NCBI GenBank assembly: GCA_973895155.1
Contig: OZ316899.1
Span: 16,643,974-16,707,973, forward strand
DNA length: 64,000 bases
Direction of reading: 5' to 3'
Source: Marsupella aquatica
Lineage: Eukaryota > Plantae > Marchantiophyta
Shown: positions 61,901-64,000 of the stretch, in pieces
Numbering within the stretch: position 1 is the stretch's first letter
How the letters are laid out: every line of letters begins with the position of its first letter
The notes under the pieces: generated by a model
Told to the model about the DNA's origin: nothing
Seen by the model: the letters and a program-made list of their open reading frames with translations, nothing else
Databases searched by the model: none
Position numbers and translations under genes: made by a program

Positions 61901-62642
61901 CCTGCCTCCTGCTCTGCTGCTCGGCTGGCTTCTTTGGTGCCGCCGACCTCGTTCTTTTTGCCGGGGTGGCTTCATCGTTGACAGCTCCCTTCCTCTTCAT
62001 CTCTGCTGCCGTGGAGGTTTCTCCTAGCACCGTTGCCTGGGTCCACCTTTCTGTGCTACCCTTCAATTCCTAGTGTATGTCGTTGCAGTTCTTGATGGCC
62101 TCTCGAATGCCGATGATTCTGTCTTCGCAAAACAGAAGATCGTCGAGCTGATTGGAAGTAGGAGTCCACAAGAACTCATCCTTGATGAGTTTGCCTCCTA
62201 AGAAAGCCGTCTTCTGCAGCTCCCACAATCGAGCGAGCTCTTGCCGTTCTCGAGCTGCCCTTTTTGATTCCTCATCCTCGTAAGTCTTGATGTACTCAGT
62301 TGCCCGTTCGAACAGGCATCCCTAGAAATGTGCCACTTGATTGACGTTTCTCATACCCTCCTTAGGTCGATCATCATTATCTACTCTCTCTCCGAGTGCT
62401 TGCCTAAGCAGCTGACAGTAGTTGGCCTCCCGTAGTCGTCTGCCTAGTTCGTGCCCTAAACCCTAAACCCTAAACCCTAAACCCTAAATGAGCCACCATC
62501 TCTTGCAAGCGCTCCTTACCCCTCTCCTCTTCCGGTCCTTCCTCCCGTTGATCCTTCCTAGCTGCCGACGCTTAGCGCGCCCTAACCCTAATCGAGTTTT
62601 CACCCCCAGCGTCCTTACCTCCAGCCTCGGCCCGGGTTCCAT
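58974..62642 (-). pseudogene. Accessory ORF in the solo LTR
   Basis: ORFs 61392-62066, 60579-61307, 60000-60521 and 58974-59774 match 14217-17938. Confidence 0.88.
62454..62488 (+). repeat. Interstitial telomeric repeat (CCCTAAA)5
   Basis: Five perfect units, absent from the three other A LTR copies. Confidence 0.95.
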
Positions 62643-62885
62643 AGTCGCCCCTAATTGTTTATATTTTCCTTGTTTTGTCCCTATACTAAGGTGTTTCCAG
62701 GGTGCATTCCTGCTTTACCCACTTAACTGGCCGAGTGATTCTTGTCTAGGCATCACACCCTGATTGAGCATAAATCTCAATTTGCCAATCCGCCATCCCC
62801 TACTCTACTCCCTCCCACTAACCCTACACATGCATCACATACACACACAACAAACTACTTTTAATAAACAATAGTCAATTATATA

Positions 62886-64000
62886 TCACAATTTACTCAC
62901 ACTTTGAATGTATGCAGTCAAAGCTTGCAAGTCACTTGCATCTAGTACATACACTCTGTCAACTATCCCAGACTTCATTGTCAAGTTCACATTTGAAATT
63001 ACCATCTCAATATCAATCCATTGTCCATCTGTTGCATCATAAGTGAACAAAGTTTTGTTGTTACGAGTAGATTTGTACCAATTACACTGCAAGCGGCACA
63101 CACTTCCACTCTGTCCAATTGCAGGTATAGGCCTGTCCAACAGATCTATTGCTTTCCGACGTCTGACCCAATGGGAGTCATTCTTCTGTATCATAAACTC
63201 AATCCTACCCAACCAATATTCCTTCTTTGCAGATGTTGCGTCAACAACATGCCCTTTATCTATTCCCTTCCTCTTCTTTGACTTGGATGATCTGGTAGAA
63301 GGACCAACCTCTGCAGCAGACTCAAACAAAACTGCTATATCAGTACCAATGTCAACCAAACAAGTCACAGAGTCACCATTTTCCTTCTCCTTACCAGTAG
63401 TGTAATAGGTCTTCTGGGCTATCCTAGTTAGCCTATCCTTTGACATGAAAGGATTGCAGCACAATTGACTCACAAGAGTGGACTTGTAGATAGTCCTTCC
63501 CTCATAAGTTATAGTAGACACTACTGACCGGGGTGTCTGCACATCAGTTAAGTTTGCTTGAACTCCAGCCAAGACATGCCTTACTTCATGTCCTAGTGTC
63601 TCCATCTCACAAAATGGGTTAGTGTCCACCTCAATCGAACAATCATCAACTGTTAGTGGCTCAATACAATCCTGACTGTCTATAGTGTCCCATGAATCAA
63701 TCCGATTGAGATCTTCTTCAGGATCTTCAAACTCTAGAAACTCTCCAATTGGGGGCTCAGGTCTAGGGCCTACAGTAGATCGATCCTCAACTATGTCTTC
63801 AGCATCATCACATAACACAGCCTCTTTCATGACACTTGTATCCGGCCAAGTCTCTGCCTCCACCTCCCAAGGATGAACCCACCATCGTCTTTTTGCTGCT
63901 GGCAAAGAACTCCTTGGTGACATGTTCAGCTTGCACAACAAATCCTTTGCTTCCTGCAAACCTTCCTTTAGAGCATCAACAACCAGCTCATTAGTCTGAA
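62886..64000 (-). CDS. C-terminal part of an uncharacterised, probably transposon-encoded protein
   Basis: 357-aa ORF near the window edge with IYKSTLVSQL..MSKDRLTRI, YWLGRI and CNWY; no catalytic motif within the window. Confidence 0.5.
   Translation of the reverse strand, partial: QTNELVVDALKEGLQEAKDLLCKLNMSPRSSLPAAKRRWWVHPWEVEAETWPDTSVMKEAVLCDDAEDIVEDRSTVGPRPEPPIGEFLEFEDPEEDLNRIDSWDTIDSQDCIEPLTVDDCSIEVDTNPFCEMETLGHEVRHVLAGVQANLTDVQTPRSVVSTITYEGRTIYKSTLVSQLCCNPFMSKDRLTRIAQKTYYTTGKEKENGDSVTCLVDIGTDIAVLFESAAEVGPSTRSSKSKKRKGIDKGHVVDATSAKKEYWLGRIEFMIQKNDSHWVRRRKAIDLLDRPIPAIGQSGSVCRLQCNWYKSTRNNKTLFTYDATDGQWIDIEMVISNVNLTMKSGIVDRVYVLDASDLQALTAYIQSVSKL

Larger units (their letters stand above)
58055..62757 (-). 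mobile_element. Full-length solo LTR of family A (4703 bp) including the accessory ORF
   Basis: Reverse complement of 14102-18838, with TG...CA ends and a perfect CCCTG TSD (58050-58054 and 62758-62762). Confidence 0.95.
57534..64000 (-). mobile_element. Probable end of an unclassified DNA transposon (E), interrupted by a solo LTR
   Basis: Abrupt junction, AT-rich non-coding DNA, then a - strand ORF running off the window. TIR and TSD cannot be verified. Confidence 0.4.

Noticed and set aside
58030-62800. Functional (ochre-suppressor) tRNA gene
   Set aside because: It has no D arm, non-canonical loop bases and a 2-nt variable region, and it is disrupted by the LTR.

Overview
This is a gene-poor, deeply nested transposon cluster from a plant. 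Arabidopsis-type CCCTAAA repeats and the element types suggest a non-seed land plant such as a fern or bryophyte (inference). No intact host gene is visible, only a TPR pseudogene fragment. Nesting order from junctions: an outer family-A-like LTR ending at 48975 contains a chromovirus-type Ty3/gypsy element B (to 48336; LTR termini AGT...ACT). B's 5' LTR hosts a tandem, LTR-sharing array of a non-chromovirus gypsy element A (to 18838), itself hit by a Harbinger element and an inverted mini solo-LTR. B's internal region hosts a 5'-truncated gypsy element C (about 21630-30102, carrying a MITE, a CACTA element and an RT fragment) and a 14.3-kb TIR DNA transposon D (31413-45692). To the right lie a solo LTR of B, two more ORF-bearing LTRs, a solo LTR of A and a probable DNA-transposon end. 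Two things stand out. (1) Transposon D has a DDD transposase facing a divergent cargo gene with ParB-like, N6A/N4C-methyltransferase-like and FCP1-type HAD domains, plus dozens of copies of one 21-25-bp palindrome, mostly in non-coding DNA. (2) Family A has 4.7-kb LTRs that contain a ~1240-codon ORF, and related ORFs occur in three other LTR-like units. All domain calls come from visual motif recognition, not database searches.
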